Source: Candidatus Hadarchaeota archaeon (GTDB lineage: Archaea > Hadarchaeota > Hadarchaeia > Hadarchaeales > Hadarchaeaceae). From it: a stretch of 58,126 bases of DNA. The stretch is taken from the NCBI GenBank assembly GCA_040755315.1, contig JBFMBF010000005.1:1-58126 (forward strand). Reading direction: 5' to 3'. A program made the translations under genes and the position numbers. Numbering within the stretch: the first letter of the stretch is position 1; each line of letters opens with the position of its first letter. This document shows positions 1 through 7,569 of this stretch, one piece after another. The notes under the pieces were generated by a model. It had not been told where the DNA came from. It ran no database searches and was given only the letters and a program-made list of their open reading frames with translations.

Positions 1-65
1 CGCTGCACGCCGAGCACAAACCCGTGCTTCACGAAGCTGGAGCCGTTGCACTTTGGGCAGATCAT
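1..65 (-). CDS. Partial zinc-ribbon protein resembling IS1/InsA-type N-terminus (runs off window)
   Basis: Manual translation from ATG at 65: MICPKCNGSSFVKHGFVLGVQR, matching the CPxC..VKxG...QR pattern; AT-rich promoter-like tract at ~97-113. Confidence 0.55.
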   Translation of the reverse strand, partial: MICPKCNGSSFVKHGFVLGVQ

Positions 66-155
66 ACGTGTACCGAACAGTCTAATGCGGAACTAGTATA
101 TATACTTTATTTAACAAAAGCAAAATTTAATTCCCTCCTTTCGCCAAGATAAAAG

Positions 156-1418
156 CTACTTCGACGGCACAAGGTCCACGCAGACGCCTGCGGCTATCGT
201 CTGGCCCCCATGCCTCACGGCAAAGCGGCTCATCTCGGGGATATCGCTCGCTCGCTCTATCACAATGGGCTTGAGCAATGAAATTTTCACCAAGGCCGCG
301 TCTCCCTTCCTGAGCGCTTTGGGTTTTTCCTCCGTCGTCCCCCCTGTCCTAGGATCTATCTTCTGCAGGAGTTCGGAAAACTTTCCGGGGGCGTTGGCGG
401 CGTGGCAGTGAAACAAAGGCGTGAAGCCGGCAGAAATGTCGGTGGGGACGGCCAGCACAACTATTTTGGCCGTGAACTCCAGAGTGACGGTTGGGGGTTT
501 GTCGGGGTGTCCCATCACGTCACCTCTCCTCAACTGGTCTTTTGTTATCCCGCGGACGTTGACCCCTATGTTGTCCCCCGGGACCGCGCTCTGGACCGGC
601 TGGTGATGCATTTCAATTGATCGTACCTCTCCCTTGGCCCCTGCCGGCTCGAACACGACAACGTCGCCCAGCTTCAGTGTTCCTGTCTCAACTCTGCCAA
701 TCGGTACAGTCCCAACTCCGGTGACGGAAAACACATCTTGGATGGGAACCCGCAGAGGCTTGTCCACAGGCTTCGGCGGCTCAGTGAGCTCTTCCAATGC
801 TTGGATGAGCGTGGGGCCGGTGTACCACTTCATCTTCTCGCTAGGCTTGGACACCCCATCCCCTTGGAATGCCGATATGGGGACATATTTGAAGCTCTCG
901 GCTCCCCGGTACCCGATTCCGGTCAACAACTTTGCCATGCTCTCCTTCAGCGTCTGATATGTTTCCTTGCCAAACGAGACTGTGTCCATCTTGTTTATCG
1001 CGACAACCAGCTGGTCAACCCCGAGGGTGAATGCGAGGGCCGCGTGCTCGCGGGTTTGCGGCATTACCCCGTCGTCGGCTGCCACGACAAGTACCGCTGC
1101 GTCTGCCTGGCTGGCTCCAGTTATCATGTTCTTGACAAAGTCCCTGTGGCCCGGGGCGTCGATGATCGTCAGGGAGTTCTTCTGCGTTTCCAGCTTCTGG
1201 TAAGCGATGTCTATCGTGACTCCCCTTTCTCTCTCTTCTTTTTCCTGGTCCATGACCCAGGCAAACTTGAAGCTTTTCCCCTTGTCACCCATGGCTTCAA
1301 ACTTCTTCACGTCTTCGGACCTCACAATTCCCGTGTCGACGAGCAATCTGCCTATCAAGGTTGACTTGCCATGGTCAACGTGCCCGATGAAAACAAGGTT
1401 GACGTGCGGTTTTTGCAT
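156..1418 (-). CDS. tuf: Translation elongation factor EF-1alpha family GTPase (probable divergent paralog)
   Basis: GHVDHGKST, EERERGVTID, DAPGHRDFVKNMITGASQADAA, NKMD, EMHH; not flanked by fusA/rpsJ. Confidence 0.9.
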   Translation of the reverse strand: MQKPHVNLVFIGHVDHGKSTLIGRLLVDTGIVRSEDVKKFEAMGDKGKSFKFAWVMDQEKEERERGVTIDIAYQKLETQKNSLTIIDAPGHRDFVKNMITGASQADAAVLVVAADDGVMPQTREHAALAFTLGVDQLVVAINKMDTVSFGKETYQTLKESMAKLLTGIGYRGAESFKYVPISAFQGDGVSKPSEKMKWYTGPTLIQALEELTEPPKPVDKPLRVPIQDVFSVTGVGTVPIGRVETGTLKLGDVVVFEPAGAKGEVRSIEMHHQPVQSAVPGDNIGVNVRGITKDQLRRGDVMGHPDKPPTVTLEFTAKIVVLAVPTDISAGFTPLFHCHAANAPGKFSELLQKIDPRTGGTTEEKPKALRKGDAALVKISLLKPIVIERASDIPEMSRFAVRHGGQTIAAGVCVDLVPSK

Positions 1419-1421
1419 GGA

Positions 1422-2135
1422 TTATCCCGAGGTTGAAGGCGCCCCCGACGTTGCAGGCGTCTCCGGCTTTGGCGCTTCTGGGGGGCCTTGCTTGGATTCC
1501 GTGAATTTCTTGATGTTCGTGGCCGCCTGCCTAAGGTCTCGGGAAATCTTTTCGGCTGCCCTCTTCAGCGGGTCTGTGTAGACATGCACGATTTCGGGCT
1601 TGCCGCGCTCAAAAGCGAAAAGCTTGTTGGCCACCCTGTCGAGGATAGCCGCATTTTTCTCAATAATCTGAACGGTGTCCGGAGGGAACTTTCCTTCGGC
1701 CTCTATTTTTTTGGCAAGATCAGAGGTCCTCTGCGCCACCCTCTGGGAGTCTCCCTGGAGGTCTTCCCTGACCAAGCCTCCAAAGTGTTCTTTTCCTAGA
1801 ATCATTTTTGTCCTCCTGCTGAGAAGGTCGGCATTTGTGGAGAGGGCTTCAAGGTCTGCTTTCGCTATCCTGACTGCCGTCCAGACGTCATTTTGATCCA
1901 AACGAACGAGCTCTGCGCCGGGCTCGCCGACGTCCGCCCAGAGGGAAAAGTCCTCCAGCGGGATGCTCTTTGGCGCCACCGGGGCAGGCTTGCTGTAAAG
2001 GTAAATGACGGCCAGCCCCACCATCACCGTGGCCAGAGACACCACCAGAAAAAGCGCTGACCCTGAAGAAGCGGCGATGACTGACGCTGCTACCCCTATC
2101 CCAAACGGAAGGAATGCGAGTGGTTGGAACTTCAT
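1422..2135 (-). CDS. Hypothetical membrane-anchored protein (N-terminal hydrophobic segments, helical C-terminal region)
   Basis: Likely start MKFQPLAF at 2135; hydrophobic N-terminus, charged helical body, Pro-rich tail; ends 3 nt before the EF-1alpha start. Confidence 0.7.
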   Translation of the reverse strand: MKFQPLAFLPFGIGVAASVIAASSGSALFLVVSLATVMVGLAVIYLYSKPAPVAPKSIPLEDFSLWADVGEPGAELVRLDQNDVWTAVRIAKADLEALSTNADLLSRRTKMILGKEHFGGLVREDLQGDSQRVAQRTSDLAKKIEAEGKFPPDTVQIIEKNAAILDRVANKLFAFERGKPEIVHVYTDPLKRAAEKISRDLRQAATNIKKFTESKQGPPEAPKPETPATSGAPSTSG

Positions 2136-2201
2136 CTCATCCCTGTAAACAACAAAATGCATGACAAAAAGCTTATGGTTTTGCGCTTCCGGGTTTCTTC
2201 T

Positions 2202-2942
2202 ATGAGCTGGATATCCCCAAAACACCCCCGGGCCGAGTCTCTCCGGACCAGGGAGCGGCTGGTCAAGGGTTTCAAGGCGGGCATGGTTGCGCCGGAGGGC
2301 CTGACGGCCCACGGTAGAGGGGAAGCCTTTGACTACCTGCTGGGCGAGAGGACGACGGAGCAGGCGAGAAGAGCGATAAGGGCGGCCGCCGCAGCGCTGC
2401 TTCTGGCCGAGAGACCGGTGATTTCAGTTAACGGGAATGTGGCTGCACTTGTGCCAAGGGAGATAGTTGGGCTGGCTAAGCTTACCAACGCGAAGCTTGA
2501 AGTCAACCTGTTCCACGGTTCCGTGGCGCGGGAGAAAAAAATAGCGTGCTGGCTCAAGAAGCACGGGGCGCGGGAAGTCCTCGGGGTGGACCCTAGATTC
2601 TCCGTAAAAATCAAGGAAATCCACAGCAACAGGAGAAAGGTCGACAGCCGCGGGATTGCTGGCGCAGATGTCGTGCTTGTGCCTCTCGAGGACGGAGACA
2701 GGACCAAGGCTCTGAAGAAGCTGGGAAAGCAAGTCATCGCCGTGGACTTGAACCCGATGTCGAGAACAGCGAGGGCTGCCAGCATCACTATTGTCGACAA
2801 CATCGCACGGACGATGCCGACTCTTGTTGAATCTGTCAAGAATCTGTCGCGCTGTTCGAAGGCATGCCTCCAAAAGGGGCTTGAGAACTTCGACAACGAC
2901 ACCAACCTGAAAAAAAGCTTGGAACTCATGCTAAACAGGTGA
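2202..2942 (+). CDS. Archaeal phosphopantothenate synthetase (PPS)
   Basis: HPRAESL, GLTAHGRGEAFDYLLGE, VISVNGN, VPLEDGDR, DLNPMSRT. Confidence 0.93.
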   Translation: MSWISPKHPRAESLRTRERLVKGFKAGMVAPEGLTAHGRGEAFDYLLGERTTEQARRAIRAAAAALLLAERPVISVNGNVAALVPREIVGLAKLTNAKLEVNLFHGSVAREKKIACWLKKHGAREVLGVDPRFSVKIKEIHSNRRKVDSRGIAGADVVLVPLEDGDRTKALKKLGKQVIAVDLNPMSRTARAASITIVDNIARTMPTLVESVKNLSRCSKACLQKGLENFDNDTNLKKSLELMLNR

Positions 2943-2963
2943 AAAAATGAGCCCGACATGGCG

Positions 2964-2980
2964 GAAAACGCATTTATGAA
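2964..2980 (+). promoter_or_regulatory. BRE/TATA promoter of tRNA-Asn
   Basis: GAAAACG-CA-TTTATGAA about 30 nt upstream of position 3002. Confidence 0.55.
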
Positions 2981-3010
2981 GCAAGACTACATATTTTTGG
3001 CGCCGGGGGT

Positions 3011-3161
3011 GCCGGGGTTCCGCAAGGGCCCGACAGCTCAGTAGGTAGAGTACCCGGCTGTTATACCTGGTGTGGATGAAGAACGAACCTCAATAAAGGG
3101 GACGACACGCTTGGTTGCAGCAACCGGGTGGTCAGAGGTTCGAGTCCTCTCCCCGGCGCCA
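3011..3161 (+). tRNA. tRNA-Asn(GTT) with two introns (3019-3034 at 8/9; 3064-3122 at 37/38), CCA encoded
   Basis: Acceptor GCCGGGG/CCCCGGC-G-CCA; D arm GCTC..GAGT; anticodon stem CCCGG/CCGGG with CT-GTT-A; T arm AGAGG-TTCGAGT-CCTCT; BHB motifs at both introns; T-run follows. Confidence 0.88.
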
Positions 3162-3216
3162 TTTTTAAAACCCGAAAAGTTCAAGGTTACTAAAATCACA
3201 TGTATAACTGGATTTG

Positions 3217-4203
3217 ATGAAAATCCTGCTGCTGTCCAAGAGAGATGTAGAGAAGCTCATCTCTATGCGGGAGACCATTAAAGCTGTTGAAGAAGCCTTC
3301 CGCGCAAAAGGGCTGGACAGGGTCCAGATGCCCCCAAAGTCTTACGTTTATTTCAAGGAATACAATGGCGATTTTCGGGTGATGCCCGCATACCTCGAGG
3401 AAACGGGTGCCGCAGGAGTCAAGATTGTCAATGCCCATCCCAACAACCCAAAAAAATACGGTTTGCCGACTGTCATGGCGACAATGTTTCTTTTGGACCC
3501 GAGAACCGGCATCCCGCTGGCGATAATGGACGGTACATTGATAACAAACATGAGGACTGGTGCAGGAGGGGCCGTGGCGGCGAAACACCTTGCGCGGAAG
3601 GACTCGCGAGTGCTGGCCATGGTCGGGGCAGGGGTGCAAGCCAGGACACAACTGCTGGCGCTGGACGAGGTGCTTGAGATTGGGGAGGTCCGAGTCAACG
3701 ACTCTTCTTTGGAAAAATCCAAGCAGTTCTCGGCTGAGATGGGTAGGGAACTAGGCGTTGTGGTGAAGGCCTTTAAAAATACCAAGGATGCTGTCGTGGG
3801 CGCTGATGTTGTTGTCACAACTACCCCAGTCCGAGTTCCGATTTTGAAAGATTCGTGGATTTCCGAAGGGATGCACATCAACGCCATCGGGGCGGACGCT
3901 CCGGGAAAGCAGGAGCTTGAGCCGGAGATTTTGCTCCGCGCCAAGGTCGTGGTAGACGACATCGAACAGGCCATCCACGGCGGCGAAGTCAATGTTCCGC
4001 TCTCGAAGGGGGATATTTCTCGTGGCAACATCTACTCCGACTTGGGGGCGGTGGTCACAGGAAAAAAGGCTGGCAGAACTTCGGATGAAGAAATCACGGT
4101 CTTCGACTCTACGGGGCTGGCGGTCCAAGACATAGCAACCGACTGGGTAGTTTACAAAAAGGCGAAGAAGCTCGGAGTCGGGCGAGAAGTGGAACTCTTC
4201 TGA
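3217..4203 (+). CDS. ala: Alanine dehydrogenase, ornithine cyclodeaminase/mu-crystallin family
   Basis: GDFRVMPAY, GVKIVNAHPNNP, RTGAGGA, GAGVQA, INAIGAD, FDSTGLAVQD. Confidence 0.88.
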   Translation: MKILLLSKRDVEKLISMRETIKAVEEAFRAKGLDRVQMPPKSYVYFKEYNGDFRVMPAYLEETGAAGVKIVNAHPNNPKKYGLPTVMATMFLLDPRTGIPLAIMDGTLITNMRTGAGGAVAAKHLARKDSRVLAMVGAGVQARTQLLALDEVLEIGEVRVNDSSLEKSKQFSAEMGRELGVVVKAFKNTKDAVVGADVVVTTTPVRVPILKDSWISEGMHINAIGADAPGKQELEPEILLRAKVVVDDIEQAIHGGEVNVPLSKGDISRGNIYSDLGAVVTGKKAGRTSDEEITVFDSTGLAVQDIATDWVVYKKAKKLGVGREVELF

Positions 4204-4209
4204 TTACTT

Positions 4210-5196
4210 TTAAATCGAGTTCCTCATCAGGATTGGGGAAATCTCGTTTTTTAGAGCGTTAAGGAAAGGTTCCAAAGATTCTGCTGGCACGGTGGCCCCT
4301 GCTGCCCCCTCGTGGCCGCCTCCCGAGCCCTTGAAGCGCACAGCAATCCTGCGCAGGAGCTCGTTCAGGTCTACTTTGGCGCCGACCCTGCGCCGCAGGC
4401 TCACGTCGACCTCGTCCTCGTCCTGCCGCGTACAAACCCCGACATTGGCGCTTGAAACACCCAATGCATAGAGGGCCGCTTTCCCCAGGCTTCCGGAAGG
4501 AAGGTTTCTGACTATCGCCAGGCTGCCTTCCTGCACTGTATGGGCCTTCACATATTCGTACGTGTCCCACTCTCGCTTGGTGGCTTTGATTGCCCGTTCG
4601 ACCACATCTGGTATCTCCGTGGGCGGTATCCCCTTCGAGAGGGCATATAGAACATCCCTCTTGTAATCGTAGTCCCCGGCGGCTTCCCCCAGCGCCTGGC
4701 TCAGGAGGCCGGCTTCCATGTAGATGGTGCGCCTGTCGTACTTGTTCAACCCCTTTCTGACAAAATCCGTGTCCTCGCAATAGTCGCCTATCGCGCCCCA
4801 GAGGGCCACACGATCAAGGTCTGACTTTATCTCCTTGATGAGCAGGCGGAAGACCAGCTCCGCGCCGCTCGTGCTGATTTCGTGGGCAATCTGGGTGGCC
4901 GGGATGTCCCACTTCAGGGTGGCGTAAGGGAATGGGTGATGGTCGACGTAAATCAACTCCTCTTTCTGAGCAAGCTCCCTCATCCTGTTGAAGATGCCCT
5001 CCTTGTGGGGTTCGCTTATGGCGATGTCGCAGATGATGACCATGTCTCCGCTCTTCACAGCGTTGAGGTCGCGCAGGAGGTTTATCGGGCGGGTGAACCA
5101 TACTTCTGCATCTGTGAAGAGGGACTTGGCGAGAGCCCCGGCGCATATCCCGTCAGCATCTCCATGGGTTAAAATCTTTACTGCCAAGTTCACCAC
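4210..5196 (-). CDS. DHH/DHHA1 family phosphoesterase
   Basis: THGDADG, CDIA, YVDHH, GAIGD, GGGHEGAAG; start approximate. Confidence 0.85.
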   Translation of the reverse strand: MVNLAVKILTHGDADGICAGALAKSLFTDAEVWFTRPINLLRDLNAVKSGDMVIICDIAISEPHKEGIFNRMRELAQKEELIYVDHHPFPYATLKWDIPATQIAHEISTSGAELVFRLLIKEIKSDLDRVALWGAIGDYCEDTDFVRKGLNKYDRRTIYMEAGLLSQALGEAAGDYDYKRDVLYALSKGIPPTEIPDVVERAIKATKREWDTYEYVKAHTVQEGSLAIVRNLPSGSLGKAALYALGVSSANVGVCTRQDEDEVDVSLRRRVGAKVDLNELLRRIAVRFKGSGGGHEGAAGATVPAESLEPFLNALKNEISPILMRNSI

Positions 5197-5298
5197 ATTT
5201 GATTTCTGTTTTAGTGTATAAGCGTTTGTTGTGGCCCTGCAAAAAACAGCGGAACCGTGTGCTTTTTTAACGGGGCCGGAATTTGATAATTCGGTTGT

Positions 5299-6219
5299 AT
5301 GGGAGAAGGCAGAGGCTTTGGAAAAGTAATACTCTTTGGGGAACACTTTGTCGTTTACTCAGTTCCATCCATCGTCTCTGCCATTGAGAAAGCCACGACA
5401 GCCACCGTGACGCGAGGCGACGGGACGGGGTGGACACTTGACGATCGCAGGCCGGAGACGCTTGGTTACAAGCGGGAGAAGCTGGAGCAGCAGAAAGACT
5501 CAATCGAGAGGGTGCTGAAGGCGGCGGGCGTTGACACGAAAAACAACCCCATCAAGATATCACTGGGCGGGGACCTAGTGGCGGCGAGCGGAGTGGGGGC
5601 AAGTGCTGCTTCATGCGTCGCGCTGGCGAGGGCCCTTTCAGACGAGTTTGACTTTGAATTTTCGGACGAGCGGGTGAACACAATAGCCTACGAGGGTGAG
5701 AAGGCCTACCACGGCAACCCTTCAGGGGTGGACAACACCGCGGCCACTTATGGCGGGCTCATCTGGTTTGTCCGAGGAAAGCCTATCGAGAGGATAACTG
5801 TCAGGCGCCCGGTGGAGGTGGTGATAGGAAACACAGGCCTCGTCGCCAACACTGAGGCTGCAGTGGCCGGGGTGAAGGAGCGAAGGCAGAAAAACCCTGA
5901 AAAGTATGGAAAAATCTTCAAGGGGGCAGAGGAGCTCGCTTTCATGGCTAGGAAGGCGCTTGTTGACTATGACCTGAGGGCTGTCGGCAGCCTCATGGAC
6001 GAGAACCACAGGCAGCTGCAGGCGATAGAGGTCTCGAGCAAGGAGCTGGACTTCCTCGTGGATCTTGCCAGGGAGAACGGCGCGTACGGGGCGAAGATGA
6101 CTGGCGGGGGGCTGGGGGGGAACATGGTCGCCCTGACGCCGGGGAGGGCGCTTCAGGACTCCGTCGCCCGCGCCATCAGGGAAGAGGGTTTTGAAGTAGT
6201 TGCGACAAGAATAGGATGA
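5299..6219 (+). CDS. mvk: Mevalonate kinase
   Basis: GKVILFGEHFVVY, GVGASAA, HGNPSGVD, AKMTGGGLGG. Confidence 0.93.
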   Translation: MGEGRGFGKVILFGEHFVVYSVPSIVSAIEKATTATVTRGDGTGWTLDDRRPETLGYKREKLEQQKDSIERVLKAAGVDTKNNPIKISLGGDLVAASGVGASAASCVALARALSDEFDFEFSDERVNTIAYEGEKAYHGNPSGVDNTAATYGGLIWFVRGKPIERITVRRPVEVVIGNTGLVANTEAAVAGVKERRQKNPEKYGKIFKGAEELAFMARKALVDYDLRAVGSLMDENHRQLQAIEVSSKELDFLVDLARENGAYGAKMTGGGLGGNMVALTPGRALQDSVARAIREEGFEVVATRIG

Positions 6220-6223
6220 GAGG

Positions 6224-7498
6224 ATGAACTTCAGGGACTTCGTGAAGCTGCTGGATGAAAAGGGCCTCCTCGTGAGGATCAAGCTACCGGTCGACACCAA
6301 GTTTGAAATCTCGACCCTCGTGAAGATGATGAACGACAAGCCGCTTTTGTTCGAAAACGTGCGGGGACATTCTATGCAGGTGGCGGCCAATATCTGCTCC
6401 ACGCGAGAACTCGTCGCCCTCGGGCTCGGGATAAAGCCTGGCGAAATTATTTCCAAGCTTGCCCACGCCATAGAAAATCCCAAGGAGCTGAAGGTGGTGA
6501 AGGCCGAGGGTTACAGGGAAGTGCCGCCTGACCTGTCAAAGTTCCCAATCCTGCTCCACTACCCGTTCGACGGCGGGCCCTACATCTCCTCAGGGGTGGT
6601 GGTGGCGAGGGACCCCCAGCTCGGCATAAACATCTCGTTCCACAGAATGATGGTGATCTCAAAAGACAAGATAGTGCTGAGGATTCTGCCGCGGGACTTT
6701 GATACATTCCTCAAGCGCGGGAACAAGGAGTTCGCCATCTGCATTGGCGACGCGATGCCCGTCCTCGTGTCGGCGGCCGTCTCGGTGGAGCTGGGGAAGA
6801 GCGAGCTCAACATTGCCAACACCTTGGGAGAAACCAACCTGCTCGAGCTTGGCGGGCACAAGGTCCCAGAAGCGGAGATAGTCATGATAGCGGAGATGAC
6901 GGGGGAGGAGCATGACGAGGGGCCTTTCCTCGACCTCACGGAGACCCCCGACATCGTGAGGAAGCAACGTGTTGCAAAAATCAAGAAGATATTCACAAAA
7001 GACAAGCCGCTGTTTCACGCGCTGCTGCCCGGCGGCCTCGAACACAAGACATTGATGGGGATGCCGAGGGAGCCGACGATATTCCGGGAGGTGAGCAAGG
7101 TCTGCGAGTGCAAGGATGTTTTGATAACCCCTGGCGGCTGCTCATGGCTGCACGCCGTCGTGAGCATAAAGAAGAAGAACCCGGACGACGGCAGGAAGGC
7201 CATAGAGGCGGCTTTCAGTGGGCACAAGTCACTGAAACACGTCTGGGTGGTGGACGACGACATGGACATCCACAACCCTCACGAGGTAGAGTGGGCGATG
7301 GCGACGAGGTTTCAGGGCGACAAGGACCTGATAATCAAAAAAGAGCCGGGTTCCTCGCTTGACCCATCCTCTGACCTTGAGACAAGGATGACGGCGAAGG
7401 TCGGCTTTGACCTGACCATCCCATCTGACAGAGACCCGAACGACTTCAAGAAGCCGGAGCTGCCGATGAAGCTGGACCCGAAAGACTACTTGGTTTGA
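6224..7498 (+). CDS. UbiD-family decarboxylase, probable anhydromevalonate phosphate decarboxylase
   Basis: DGGPYISSG, EGPF, GGCSWLH, EWAMATRFQ, SSLDPS; 4 nt downstream of mvk. Confidence 0.85.
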   Translation: MNFRDFVKLLDEKGLLVRIKLPVDTKFEISTLVKMMNDKPLLFENVRGHSMQVAANICSTRELVALGLGIKPGEIISKLAHAIENPKELKVVKAEGYREVPPDLSKFPILLHYPFDGGPYISSGVVVARDPQLGINISFHRMMVISKDKIVLRILPRDFDTFLKRGNKEFAICIGDAMPVLVSAAVSVELGKSELNIANTLGETNLLELGGHKVPEAEIVMIAEMTGEEHDEGPFLDLTETPDIVRKQRVAKIKKIFTKDKPLFHALLPGGLEHKTLMGMPREPTIFREVSKVCECKDVLITPGGCSWLHAVVSIKKKNPDDGRKAIEAAFSGHKSLKHVWVVDDDMDIHNPHEVEWAMATRFQGDKDLIIKKEPGSSLDPSSDLETRMTAKVGFDLTIPSDRDPNDFKKPELPMKLDPKDYLV

Positions 7499-7569
7499 AA
7501 TAGCCAATGACGGCTGGGTCAAAGGAGTTATTTTAAATTGCCCGCCGCCTAAGTTGGCCAGGTGAATAT

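Noticed and set aside
3002..3034. Alternative tRNA start at 3002 with a longer insert
   Set aside because: Gives no U8 and no BHB at the junctions, whereas the 3011 start gives both.
3072..3281. 69-aa ORF
   Set aside because: Overlaps the tRNA-Asn gene; spurious.
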